Below the pieces are notes generated by a model, which was given only the letters and a program-made list of their open reading frames with translations, ran no database searches and was not told where the DNA came from. The translations under genes were made by a program, and so were the position numbers. This document shows, piece by piece, positions 1-8,390 of a DNA stretch of 35,362 nucleotides (the stretch's first letter is position 1; each line of letters opens with the position of its first letter). Origin of the DNA: a virus (lineage: Duplodnaviria; Caudoviricetes); the IMG/VR virus record IMGVR_UViG_3300038466_000035, positions 1 through 35,362 of that record; one strand, written 5' to 3'.

Positions 1-2
1 CC

Positions 3-170
3 TTTTTAAAGGCTATGCTGAAATATCATCACCGGGAATATCTGCGATATTTAAGGCTGCTGCAGGAACCGGAAAAGCCGGTAACACCGGAGGAACGGGA
101 AAAGAGTTTAGAGCAGTGCCGGGGAATTGGACGGAATGTTACACACAGGACATGGCAGGAAAAGGGGTAA
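3..170 (+). CDS. 3' end of a hypothetical protein (5' end probably outside the window)
   Basis: Frame open from position 3 to TAA at 168-170 (FLKAMLKYHHREYLRYLRLLQEPEK...WQEKG*), ending 7 nt before the next ATG. No recognisable motif. Confidence 0.4.
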   Translation, partial: FLKAMLKYHHREYLRYLRLLQEPEKPVTPEEREKSLEQCRGIGRNVTHRTWQEKG

Positions 171-177
171 AATATAT

Positions 178-996
178 ATGGCAAAAGACAAGACGGATAT
201 CTGGTTGCCGATCTATGTCGGAGATTACCTTGCCGACACAATGCACCTGACAACCGAGCAACACGGAGCCTATTTTCTGCTCATACTGGCCTACTGGAAA
301 AACAGGGGTAAGTTGGCCGACGGGCGTGTGCAAGGTATTGTAAAGATGGATAAAGATAGTTGGACTATAAACAGAGGTATAGTTGAGGAGTTCTTCGACA
401 CAAAAACGTTTCCGGGATTTTGGTATCATAAGCGTATTGAAAAAGAGCTTCAAAATGCCCTAATACGCAAACAAGCTGCTGAAAACAGAGGCAAAAAAGG
501 CATGGAGGCACGCTGGGGCAATAAGGCTGATGATAGTTCAACTAATAGTTCAACTATAGTTGAAGGTATAGTTGAGGATATAGTTGGCGATAGCTCTTCA
601 CCTTCACCTTCACCTTCACCTTTATCTTTACAAAAAAGCATAACGCCGCAGAACATAAAAACCGAGGATTCCGACGATAAAAAAACGCCTGTTTTTGAAA
701 AGATAAGGGAACTGCAAATCAAGTTCCCGGACCTCAGATATCAACATCAGATTACTGAATTCGTAAAAGCGAACTGGAATTCAAATGACCAAGCGATAGA
801 ACACTGCCTTAATCAACTCCTGATCTGTAAAAAACAAATCACGAATCCGAAGTTTTATATGGAGAAGATTTTAAGCGTTGAGAACGGTAATTTTAATGAG
901 CGTGAATTTCAACAGGAACATGATGAGAGAAAGAAGCCGGTCCCGATCAACGAAATTGCAGGCCTGGGTGAGGTTTTAAAAACAATGGCAAAATAA
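178..996 (+). CDS. Phage replication initiator-like protein, DUF1376/YdaU family
   Basis: N-terminal WLPIYVGDYLADTMHLTTEQHGAYFLLILAYW and HKRIEKEL motifs, followed by a low-complexity S/P linker and a helical C-terminus. ATG 178 preferred over TTG 127 because it follows AAGGGG and the upstream stop. Confidence 0.85.
   Translation: MAKDKTDIWLPIYVGDYLADTMHLTTEQHGAYFLLILAYWKNRGKLADGRVQGIVKMDKDSWTINRGIVEEFFDTKTFPGFWYHKRIEKELQNALIRKQAAENRGKKGMEARWGNKADDSSTNSSTIVEGIVEDIVGDSSSPSPSPSPLSLQKSITPQNIKTEDSDDKKTPVFEKIRELQIKFPDLRYQHQITEFVKANWNSNDQAIEHCLNQLLICKKQITNPKFYMEKILSVENGNFNEREFQQEHDERKKPVPINEIAGLGEVLKTMAK
533..621. repeat. Iteron-like repeats and palindrome inside the initiator gene (candidate replication origin)
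   Basis: ATAGTT at 533, 545, 556, 568 and 580 (11-12 bp period); perfect palindrome TTCAACTATAGTTGAA at 549-564; (C/T)CTTCA x4 at 595-618. Confidence 0.65.
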
Positions 997-1015
997 AAAC
1001 AGAAAGGAGAATGAA

Positions 1016-1279
1016 ATGCCAGAACCAAAGAGAACAATACCGATGATGGTTCCGAACATAGGCGGGCAAACGGTGCCGTTTGATGTATCAGAAGCCGTAC
1101 CAAGGCACTGCGAAGCGTGCGGATGTCAGCACTTCATGATCGCTGTGCGCCTGGGCCAGATATCAGCTATGGCATCAAAGAACATAACGGGCAGAGATCA
1201 GCTAATAAAATTCGAGGTTTATCTTTGCATTAAATGCGGGCATGAGTACGGACAGGCGGTGCCGGGGATCAGGCATTGA
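1016..1279 (+). CDS. Small Zn-ribbon protein
   Basis: CEACGC and CIKCGH cysteine pairs; AAAGGAG SD upstream. Confidence 0.75.
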   Translation: MPEPKRTIPMMVPNIGGQTVPFDVSEAVPRHCEACGCQHFMIAVRLGQISAMASKNITGRDQLIKFEVYLCIKCGHEYGQAVPGIRH

Positions 1280-1342
1280 GTGCTGGATATGTCGTAGTGG
1301 GTTCCGCGGGCCGGAGATGGAATTCATCTATTTAAATTTTTC

Positions 1343-1371
1343 TTGACATCCTTGTGGTTATATTATATATG
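1343..1371 (+). promoter_or_regulatory. Candidate promoter for the packaging/structural operon
   Basis: Perfect TTGACA at 1343-1348, AT-rich tract upstream and TATTATATAT at 1361-1370. The -10 box at 17-bp spacing is imperfect (TATATG). Confidence 0.45.
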
Positions 1372-1412
1372 CCTCGCAACATATGGTATTTCATTAACCA
1401 AAAGGAAATGGG

Positions 1413-2093
1413 ATGTCAGTCAAAAAGAAAAAACCTACCAAGAAAGTTCCAAAAAAACCAAAGAATACCCCAAGGGCTCAGATTGACTGGGACGCAATAG
1501 AGAAAGAATATTGCCTCGGCCAAAAAACCACGAGAACAATTGGACATCAGTTCGGAGTATCTCATGTTTCAGTAATCAGGAAGGCCAAGAAGGAAGGATG
1601 GGTTCAGGATAAGACAAAAGAAATTCAGGCGAAAACAAATGCGGGACTTGCAAGTTACCAAGAAGGTGTTACCAAAAAAAGTACCACACTCACAAAAGAC
1701 GACATCGAAAAAGCCGTTCAAACCAATATTCAGGTCGTAACAAACCACAGGAAAGATATAAGACACAACCAGCAGTTGATCAGCCTTCTGTCGGAGCAGT
1801 TAAAAGACGCTGCGGAAAACAGGGAAGAGCTCGCCGAGGGCGTTGCCGATGAATGTAAAAAAGCCGACGGAACCACCGATTACCAGAAAAGAGCCCGCTT
1901 ATTAAGGGCTTTAGCCCTTCCTGCCCATTCAACAATCTTGTTGTCTTTAACCGCAGCCCAGAAGAACCTCGTAACCTTGGAAAGACAGGCATACAACATC
2001 GACAGGTCCGAAGATCCCGAAGATTCATTAACCGCACTTTTAAAAGTAATAACCCAGAAATCAAAACCGTTAATCCAGGAAGCTACTGAATGA
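1413..2093 (+). CDS. terS: Terminase small subunit
   Basis: N-terminal HTH (IDWDAIEKEY...TIGHQFGVSHVSVIRKAKKEGW), helical body, LERQAYNI near the C-terminus; ATGA overlap with terL. Confidence 0.8.
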   Translation: MSVKKKKPTKKVPKKPKNTPRAQIDWDAIEKEYCLGQKTTRTIGHQFGVSHVSVIRKAKKEGWVQDKTKEIQAKTNAGLASYQEGVTKKSTTLTKDDIEKAVQTNIQVVTNHRKDIRHNQQLISLLSEQLKDAAENREELAEGVADECKKADGTTDYQKRARLLRALALPAHSTILLSLTAAQKNLVTLERQAYNIDRSEDPEDSLTALLKVITQKSKPLIQEATE

Positions 2094-3628
2094 ACCAATC
2101 GCAGATAGAGGTTGTTGAGCATTTCTCAGATCCCCGTTGGCGGATGAATAATCTCTATTGGATCGTGGACGAATCCGGAAAGAAAATCCCCTTTAGGTTG
2201 AACGGCACACAGCTAAAGCTCATGGACGATCTTTGGTATTTCAATTTAATTTTGAAATCCAGACAGCATGGCATAACCACGGTCGTCGATATTATGGGTC
2301 TTGATCAAGCCCTGTTTAACGACAATTTTTCAGTAGGAATTTGCGCTCACACCCGGGAAGATGTTGAGAAAATCTTCCGCACCAAGGTAAAATTTCCCTA
2401 CGACAACCTGCCTGAAGGATTAAAGAATGCGCGTGGAGCGAACACAGACACCGCCAAAATGCTGGTATTTGCAAATCAGTCGTCAATTGAAGTTGCAACG
2501 TCATTAAGGTCAGGAACTTACCAGTTTGCACATGTGAGCGAATTTGGTAAAATCTGCGCTAAGTATCCGGAAAAGGCGAAAGAAATCGTCACCGGAACCT
2601 TTGAGACTATTCATCCCGGAAGCTATTTGTTTGTCGAAAGTACGGCAGAGGGCCGCGACGGGTATTTCTATCGCTATGTTACCGAGGCAATAAAGCGTCA
2701 GCAGATGGGCGATGCGCTCAATAAGCTGCAATTTAAACTACACTTTTTCGCATGGTTCGAAGATCCAAAAAACAAACTCGATGCCGCAACCAGAATCCCC
2801 CAAGAATACGAAAAATATTTTACAGCGCTTGAAAAAGAACACGGCATTATCCTGAACCAGGAACAAAAAATCTGGTATGCAACAAAAGCTCAAACGCTTG
2901 AAGATGATATCAAAAGAGAACATCCATCAACCGTTGACGAAGCGTTTGAGGCCGCAATCTCTGGAGCTATTCTGTCAAAACAAATGGCCTTTTTACGGAA
3001 AAACGGCAGGATTACAGAAGTCCCCCATGATCCGGCGCTCCCAGTTAACACAGGATGGGACTTTGGTCTCAGGGATAGGATGTGTATATGGTTCCATCAA
3101 TATGTTGGATTGCAACACCGGATTATTGATTACATGGTCGGAACCGACGACGATGTATTATATTATTGGCGTGAAATGCAACGAAAACCATATATTTGGG
3201 GACATCATTATCTGCCTCACGATGCAGGGGCACGCAGAATCGGTACGGCAAAAAGCGCGGATCAAAAACCTAAAACACTGGAACAAATTTTAAATGCTGC
3301 CGGAATGCGAAACACGCACATTGTTCCGGTTGTTCCTAATAAGTGGACCGCAATCCAAGAAGTCAAACTGTTCATGCCGGGCTGTTGGATCAGCATAAAC
3401 AACTGCGAAGATGGCATATTGGGGCTCGATAATTTTAAAAAGGAGTGGGATGAAACAGCCGGAGACTGGAAGAATCAACCGGTTCATGATTGGGCTATGC
3501 ATCCCTATGACGCTATAGAATCACTCGTAAGAGGGATCAGCGCGTTTGGCTGTGCCGTAACTGCGCCCAAGACAGAATATCAACCCGAAGCAACATATCA
3601 ACCTTCAGACGCTGAGATTGGAATGTAA
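2090..3628 (+). CDS. terL: Terminase large subunit
   Basis: ILKSRQHGITT Walker A-like, HVSE Walker B-like and ESTAEG motif III; nuclease motifs GWDFG, YLPHDA and HDWAMHPYDA. Confidence 0.95.
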   Translation: MNQSQIEVVEHFSDPRWRMNNLYWIVDESGKKIPFRLNGTQLKLMDDLWYFNLILKSRQHGITTVVDIMGLDQALFNDNFSVGICAHTREDVEKIFRTKVKFPYDNLPEGLKNARGANTDTAKMLVFANQSSIEVATSLRSGTYQFAHVSEFGKICAKYPEKAKEIVTGTFETIHPGSYLFVESTAEGRDGYFYRYVTEAIKRQQMGDALNKLQFKLHFFAWFEDPKNKLDAATRIPQEYEKYFTALEKEHGIILNQEQKIWYATKAQTLEDDIKREHPSTVDEAFEAAISGAILSKQMAFLRKNGRITEVPHDPALPVNTGWDFGLRDRMCIWFHQYVGLQHRIIDYMVGTDDDVLYYWREMQRKPYIWGHHYLPHDAGARRIGTAKSADQKPKTLEQILNAAGMRNTHIVPVVPNKWTAIQEVKLFMPGCWISINNCEDGILGLDNFKKEWDETAGDWKNQPVHDWAMHPYDAIESLVRGISAFGCAVTAPKTEYQPEATYQPSDAEIGM

Positions 3629-5862
3629 TGGAAACCGAAACCACAGATCAAAATACTGACGAACAAAACGCCAAGAAACGGGACAGGCTTCGTGCTCTTG
3701 CTGAGTCCCTGCTGAAAAAGCGTGACGATGCCGTGATATTTCGCGCGTCATCCGGGATCGAGAGGCAATGGCGAGAAGATGAGAAAACCTTCAACAGCTT
3801 AACGGAAGACCAGAAAACAGCCATGATGGATTATGCTACTGGACAAGCTCCGGTCAAAGCCGGTTCAGGGCCAGCTCGTTCAAAAGTGGTAGTGAATGTT
3901 CTGAGGGCGAGGTGTGAAACGGCTGAGGGAAGATTTTCGGATATTCTTTTGCCTGTTGATGATAAAAACTGGGGGATGAAGCCGACACCGGTCCCGATGC
4001 TCGTTAAAGGCATGAAGGATGACAGACCGGTTATAAACACCGAAACCGGTGAAACCATACCCGGAGAGAACGGACAGCCTATTAAGGCCTCGGATGTAGC
4101 CAGGGCTAAAATGGAGTCAGCAAAAGACGCCATGGGCGGCATGGAAAATGTGATTGACGACCAGTTGAATGAGTGTAGTTTCAACGGTGAATGCCGGAAG
4201 ATGGTTCATGATGCGGTTCCTATGGGATGCGGAGTCATAAAAGGGCCGAATGTCATTAAGCAAATCCGGAAGTCCTGGGTAAAACAAGAAGATCAGACCG
4301 GTACCACCTATGTCATGGAACGGTCAGAGGACCCGCGGCCAATGTCAAAGCGGGTTGATTACTGGAATGTTTATCCGGACCCGAATTGCGGAGAGGAAAT
4401 AAAAAGAGCCTCGTATATCTGGGACTATGACGAAATCTTGCCGCGTGAACTTCGGTCGCTGGATGGATTGCCTGGTTATTTCTCGGATGAGATTACCGCA
4501 ATTCTTGCCGAAGATCCTAAAAGAACACAGGCAGTTTACAATAAAAACGAGAAAAGGAACGAGGTAAAGGCTGGATATGCCACAAAGGGTTCATCGTATG
4601 AAAAATGGGAGTATCACGGCGATGTGGATAGAGACGACCTCGAAGCCCTGGGGTGTAGCTGTGAGGATTTACAGGGGCGATCTCTGTCGGCGTGCGTTGT
4701 TTTTGTCAATGATCGACCAATTAAGGTTCAGCTTAATGTTCTGGATTCCGGCGACCTGCCGTATGATTTTTTCCAGTGGTGTCAGATAAAAGGCAGTCCG
4801 TGGGGTATTGGTATAATCAGGATAGGGACATGGGCACAAAGAGTTATACAGGCAGCGTGGCGGGCAATGATGGATAATGGCCGCGACAGTTCGGGCGCGA
4901 ACATCATAATAGGAAAGGGTATTGAACCTGTTGACGGGCGGCTCGAGATTACCGGCAAGAAACTATGGCGGGCTACCGGGGACATCGATGATGTGAGGAA
5001 GGCATTTGTTCAGTTCCAGATAGAGAACAGGCAGGTCGAATTACAGGCAATTATTGATATGGCACTGAGGTTTCTGGATATGGAAACCTCGTTACCGATG
5101 ATGTTCCAGGGTGAGAAAGGCGAGATGCCCGAAACCCTCGGCGCAACAAATATCATGGTCGATTCAAATAATGTGGCCTTAAGGTCAAGGGTTAAGCGAT
5201 GGGATGATCAGATAACGAGGCCGCATATTTCACGTTATTATTACTGGAACATGCAGTATAATGAAAACTCGGACATTAAAGGCGATTACAGCGTGGACGC
5301 CAGAGGAACATCGGTTCTACTCGTCAGGGATCAGCAGGCAGTTGCGATAACCAACCTGATGGCTTTACGGGGAGATCCAAGAGTCGACAAAGAAGTTGAC
5401 TGGGGCAAAGCGGTAAGAGAATTGTTCACATCCCTGAAATTAAACGTCCTGAAATCAGAAGAGGATAAAAAGAAAGAAGAGGCTGACCGGGCGAACCAAC
5501 CACAGCAGCCGGGAGATCCGAGAATTCAGTCGGCACAAATCAGGGTGCAGGGTGAAATGCAGAAGGCTGAACTTGTACAGGCCAGCGATATCGCCGAGAT
5601 AAACGCAAAGATTGCCGATGCTCAGGCTGACAGACAGCATGAAATGGCCTTAAAGCAAATGGATTTACAAATAAAACAAATGGAATTTGCGCAACAGTCC
5701 GGCTTGTCATTACAGCAGATTAAGGCTGATCTGGCGAAAGAAGCCAGTAAGCAAAATCTTATGAGGGAGCTGACTGATAAGAAAATGGCAACCCCTCAAC
5801 TTACGAATCCACCTATCGAACCGGCGCAGAAAGCAGCTCCGGGGAGGGCGTTTCAAGAATAG
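3628..5862 (+). CDS. Portal protein (podovirus type, long coiled-coil C-terminal barrel)
   Basis: 744 aa directly after terL; WNVYPDP and SPWGIGI motifs, ETLGATNI segment, Q/E-rich coiled-coil tail. Confidence 0.88.
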   Translation: METETTDQNTDEQNAKKRDRLRALAESLLKKRDDAVIFRASSGIERQWREDEKTFNSLTEDQKTAMMDYATGQAPVKAGSGPARSKVVVNVLRARCETAEGRFSDILLPVDDKNWGMKPTPVPMLVKGMKDDRPVINTETGETIPGENGQPIKASDVARAKMESAKDAMGGMENVIDDQLNECSFNGECRKMVHDAVPMGCGVIKGPNVIKQIRKSWVKQEDQTGTTYVMERSEDPRPMSKRVDYWNVYPDPNCGEEIKRASYIWDYDEILPRELRSLDGLPGYFSDEITAILAEDPKRTQAVYNKNEKRNEVKAGYATKGSSYEKWEYHGDVDRDDLEALGCSCEDLQGRSLSACVVFVNDRPIKVQLNVLDSGDLPYDFFQWCQIKGSPWGIGIIRIGTWAQRVIQAAWRAMMDNGRDSSGANIIIGKGIEPVDGRLEITGKKLWRATGDIDDVRKAFVQFQIENRQVELQAIIDMALRFLDMETSLPMMFQGEKGEMPETLGATNIMVDSNNVALRSRVKRWDDQITRPHISRYYYWNMQYNENSDIKGDYSVDARGTSVLLVRDQQAVAITNLMALRGDPRVDKEVDWGKAVRELFTSLKLNVLKSEEDKKKEEADRANQPQQPGDPRIQSAQIRVQGEMQKAELVQASDIAEINAKIADAQADRQHEMALKQMDLQIKQMEFAQQSGLSLQQIKADLAKEASKQNLMRELTDKKMATPQLTNPPIEPAQKAAPGRAFQE

Positions 5863-5885
5863 TTATTTAACCAGGAGGATAAATC

Positions 5886-6143
5886 ATGGGCGAAGTAAAA
5901 GTTAAGTTTTCAGGCGCGGTTTTTGTGTGTTTCTTTGAAGTGCATAAAAGAATATTCGGCATAAGCAAGGGGCTACCGGAAGGCTCTGAACTTGTCGATA
6001 TCGCATACGACAAAAACACAAACAAGGGCGAGGCAACCTTCAGCCACGAGAGCTTTGCCGAAGTTCCGGACGGCGGCGATCCGCCTTATGTCAATGTTGA
6101 ATATGTGGCTTACGAGATAATTCCGGAGGGAACCAAACAATGA
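5886..6143 (+). CDS. Hypothetical protein
   Basis: Strong AGGAGG SD; ATGA-coupled to the next ORF. Confidence 0.75.
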   Translation: MGEVKVKFSGAVFVCFFEVHKRIFGISKGLPEGSELVDIAYDKNTNKGEATFSHESFAEVPDGGDPPYVNVEYVAYEIIPEGTKQ

Positions 6144-6409
6144 GAGAAAACTTCCATCTTTCTGGAACGGAAATTCAGGAAATATTAGAAGAGGTCTTTG
6201 GGCCGGGAGCGGTATCGACAGAAACCAGAGAAGAGATTGTACATGCGTGCGAAATTATGAAGAACGTAGCCACGAGATATGCCGCAGTCTGCGCTTCTTT
6301 ACAGGCAAGGTGCAATGCAGCTGAAGAAGGTCAGGTAAAGTTATTTTTAGAAAACAGAATGTTGATGAAAGCTGTTGATAGTTTATCTCTAAAGGAAACC
6401 AAGGAATGA
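6140..6409 (+). CDS. Hypothetical protein
   Basis: GGAGG SD; ATGA overlaps on both sides. Confidence 0.7.
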   Translation: MRENFHLSGTEIQEILEEVFGPGAVSTETREEIVHACEIMKNVATRYAAVCASLQARCNAAEEGQVKLFLENRMLMKAVDSLSLKETKE

Positions 6410-6618
6410 AAAAAATCAGAGTTATTTTCCCTTTATTGAAGCGGAAGGATGGAGCGCCAAGGAAACGACAGCCCGTGGTAAGTTGCGGTTTAAACGGGAG
6501 AACGCTGATTATCCCTCGCGGAGAAATCGCCATTGTTCCCGAATGGGTGCGGGATGTTTGCGATCATTCCGCTGGCCTTCTTGAGTGCTTTGTAAGCAGT
6601 CAGGCGGTGAAACAATGA
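6406..6618 (+). CDS. Hypothetical protein with an NG-x5-RG motif similar to 12424..12876
   Basis: ATGA-coupled on both sides; SCGLNGRTLIIPRGEIAIVPEWVRDV. Confidence 0.65.
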   Translation: MKKIRVIFPLLKRKDGAPRKRQPVVSCGLNGRTLIIPRGEIAIVPEWVRDVCDHSAGLLECFVSSQAVKQ

Positions 6619-6971
6619 ACTGGCCTTGGAATAGAAACAAAGAGCTCGATGCTTTGCCGGTGAATAAACCGCCGGACGGGTCTATTGGGATTAAGGATTC
6701 GGAAAGCATGGGCGTTCCTTTTCATGCAGAACTTGACGGGGGCAATGTTGCGGGTGCAGGCCGTCTCGATATATATTCCGAGACTTGGATTTACATCAGG
6801 GATTATTGCCTGACCAGGCTGGATGATATGAGGAAATCCAATGACAACCCGAACCTTGATGATTTATCAACAGCCATATTAAGGGGGCGGATACAATTTG
6901 CAAAGGAAATTTTTGAACTTCCGAACCCTAAACCGACAGCACCGGAGCCAGAACTTGACGAAGAAGACTGA
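6615..6971 (+). CDS. Post-portal phage protein (small helical, acidic tail)
   Basis: Start moved to ATG 6615 (ATGA overlap). SETWIYIRDY...TAILRGRIQFAKEIFELP resembles small proteins found between portal and scaffold genes in podoviruses. Confidence 0.7.
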   Translation: MNWPWNRNKELDALPVNKPPDGSIGIKDSESMGVPFHAELDGGNVAGAGRLDIYSETWIYIRDYCLTRLDDMRKSNDNPNLDDLSTAILRGRIQFAKEIFELPNPKPTAPEPELDEED

Positions 6972-6972
6972 C

Positions 6973-7116
6973 ATGAGCGAGCAGGAAGCCAGGGCAATTA
7001 TGGGCGATATAAAAAAACTCTTGCTTTCTAAGGGAATATGGTTTACGGTGAGTGAGGTCTTTGAAGAAGGTTTGAAGTTTGTTAAGATTGAAGCAAGTAT
7101 GAAGGTAAAACAATGA
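6973..7116 (+). CDS. Hypothetical protein (47 aa)
   Basis: ATG 6973 just after the previous stop; ATGA overlap with the next ORF. Confidence 0.6.
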   Translation: MSEQEARAIMGDIKKLLLSKGIWFTVSEVFEEGLKFVKIEASMKVKQ

Positions 7117-7331
7117 ACGTAGAGGAAAAAGAAAGCTATATGCAATATCTTCAAGACATCGGAACGCCCGGTAGGCTCTTTGATGGTTTTGACCCTCATT
7201 CTTTCAGGACATTCTGTTTGGGATTACAGGAGAAAATTTGCTACAAGGGCTGGTATTTTAAATGGTGGGTGTACGCCAGAATTAAAAACATAGACCGGAA
7301 TTGGCTCAACCTTAAAAAATGGAGAACGTGA
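7113..7331 (+). CDS. Hypothetical protein
   Basis: GAAGGT SD, ATGA coupling, aromatic-rich C-terminus. Confidence 0.55.
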   Translation: MNVEEKESYMQYLQDIGTPGRLFDGFDPHSFRTFCLGLQEKICYKGWYFKWWVYARIKNIDRNWLNLKKWRT

Positions 7332-7382
7332 ACAATGAAATAAAATAACCAAAATATAGAATAAAAAGCAACGACCACTAAT

Positions 7383-7429
7383 AAGGGCGGCTTTCGTTGG
7401 AATAAAATCCAATGAGACCGCCCTTTTTT
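7383..7429 (+). terminator. Long hairpin with T-tract (intrinsic terminator or processing stem)
   Basis: AAGGGCGG-C-TTTCGTTGGA / loop ATAAAA / TCCAATGAGA-CCGCCCTT running into TTTTTT. Confidence 0.7.
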
Positions 7430-7505
7430 ATTTTAAACACAGAGCCGGAGCAATCCGCCTCAATAAAATTTCCCGCCTGAATAAGCCGGGTAAGGAGAAA
7501 GACAG

Positions 7506-8378
7506 ATGGAAGCAAAAAACTTGACGGATGAAGAAGCGAAAGCAGTAAGGGACGAAATCAACGCAGAACTTTATGAAGGCAAGGAGCCGGTAAAAGAGAC
7601 CGACGACCAGAAGCCAAAGACCGAGGTTATCGTCGAAGAAGATCCTTGGGCTGGGGTAAATCCCACCCTGAAAAAGGAATTTGAAGACTTGAGAACCAAG
7701 GCAGGCGGAGTTGACGCTATGGCGGAACGGCTGAAACAAGCCGAGAGTCGAATCGGGTCCATCACAAACCAGCTCCACAGCGAAAAGAAGGCCGCAGAGA
7801 CCGTTACTCTTCAGAATCAGCCCGCGCCGACCAAAGAACAAATAGCCGCCGCCGCACAGTCTGACGAAGAATGGAACGCACTAAAAGAAGAATTCCCAAC
7901 ATGGGGATCAGCGGTCGAAAAGAAATTCGCATCCGAAAGAGCAGCGACTCTTGAAGAAATCAAAGCACTTAAAAGCGAGATAAGCGCCCTGAAGTCCGGA
8001 GTCCCATCTGAAGAGGTCGGTAAAAAAATCGAAGAGGTCAAGATAGATCTCGCAAAACAAATGGTGTCATTATCACATAAGAACTGGGAGCAAACAGTAA
8101 AGACTCCTGAATTCGGAGCATGGCTGAACTCTCAACCTGCTGAAATAAAGCAGAAGTGCGAGAGCTGGAACATTGCAGACGCCATTTCAGTATTGGATTT
8201 ATTCGACGGAAGCAAGAAAAAGAAAACTGCTGCTGAGATTGCAGCGGATCGGAAAGAGCGACTTAATAATTCACAAAATCCTTCATCCGGGCGTGTTCGT
8301 CAAACAGCGAAACTTCCCGACGACATGACCGACGATGAATACAGGAAAGAAGTGGCCCGCGAATTGTGGGCCTCATAA
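7506..8378 (+). CDS. Capsid scaffolding protein
   Basis: Acidic coiled-coil 290-aa protein immediately upstream of the capsid gene; TAAGGAG SD; C-terminal DMTDDEYRKEV helix. Confidence 0.75.
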   Translation: MEAKNLTDEEAKAVRDEINAELYEGKEPVKETDDQKPKTEVIVEEDPWAGVNPTLKKEFEDLRTKAGGVDAMAERLKQAESRIGSITNQLHSEKKAAETVTLQNQPAPTKEQIAAAAQSDEEWNALKEEFPTWGSAVEKKFASERAATLEEIKALKSEISALKSGVPSEEVGKKIEEVKIDLAKQMVSLSHKNWEQTVKTPEFGAWLNSQPAEIKQKCESWNIADAISVLDLFDGSKKKKTAAEIAADRKERLNNSQNPSSGRVRQTAKLPDDMTDDEYRKEVARELWAS

Positions 8379-8390
8379 GGAGACCATACC

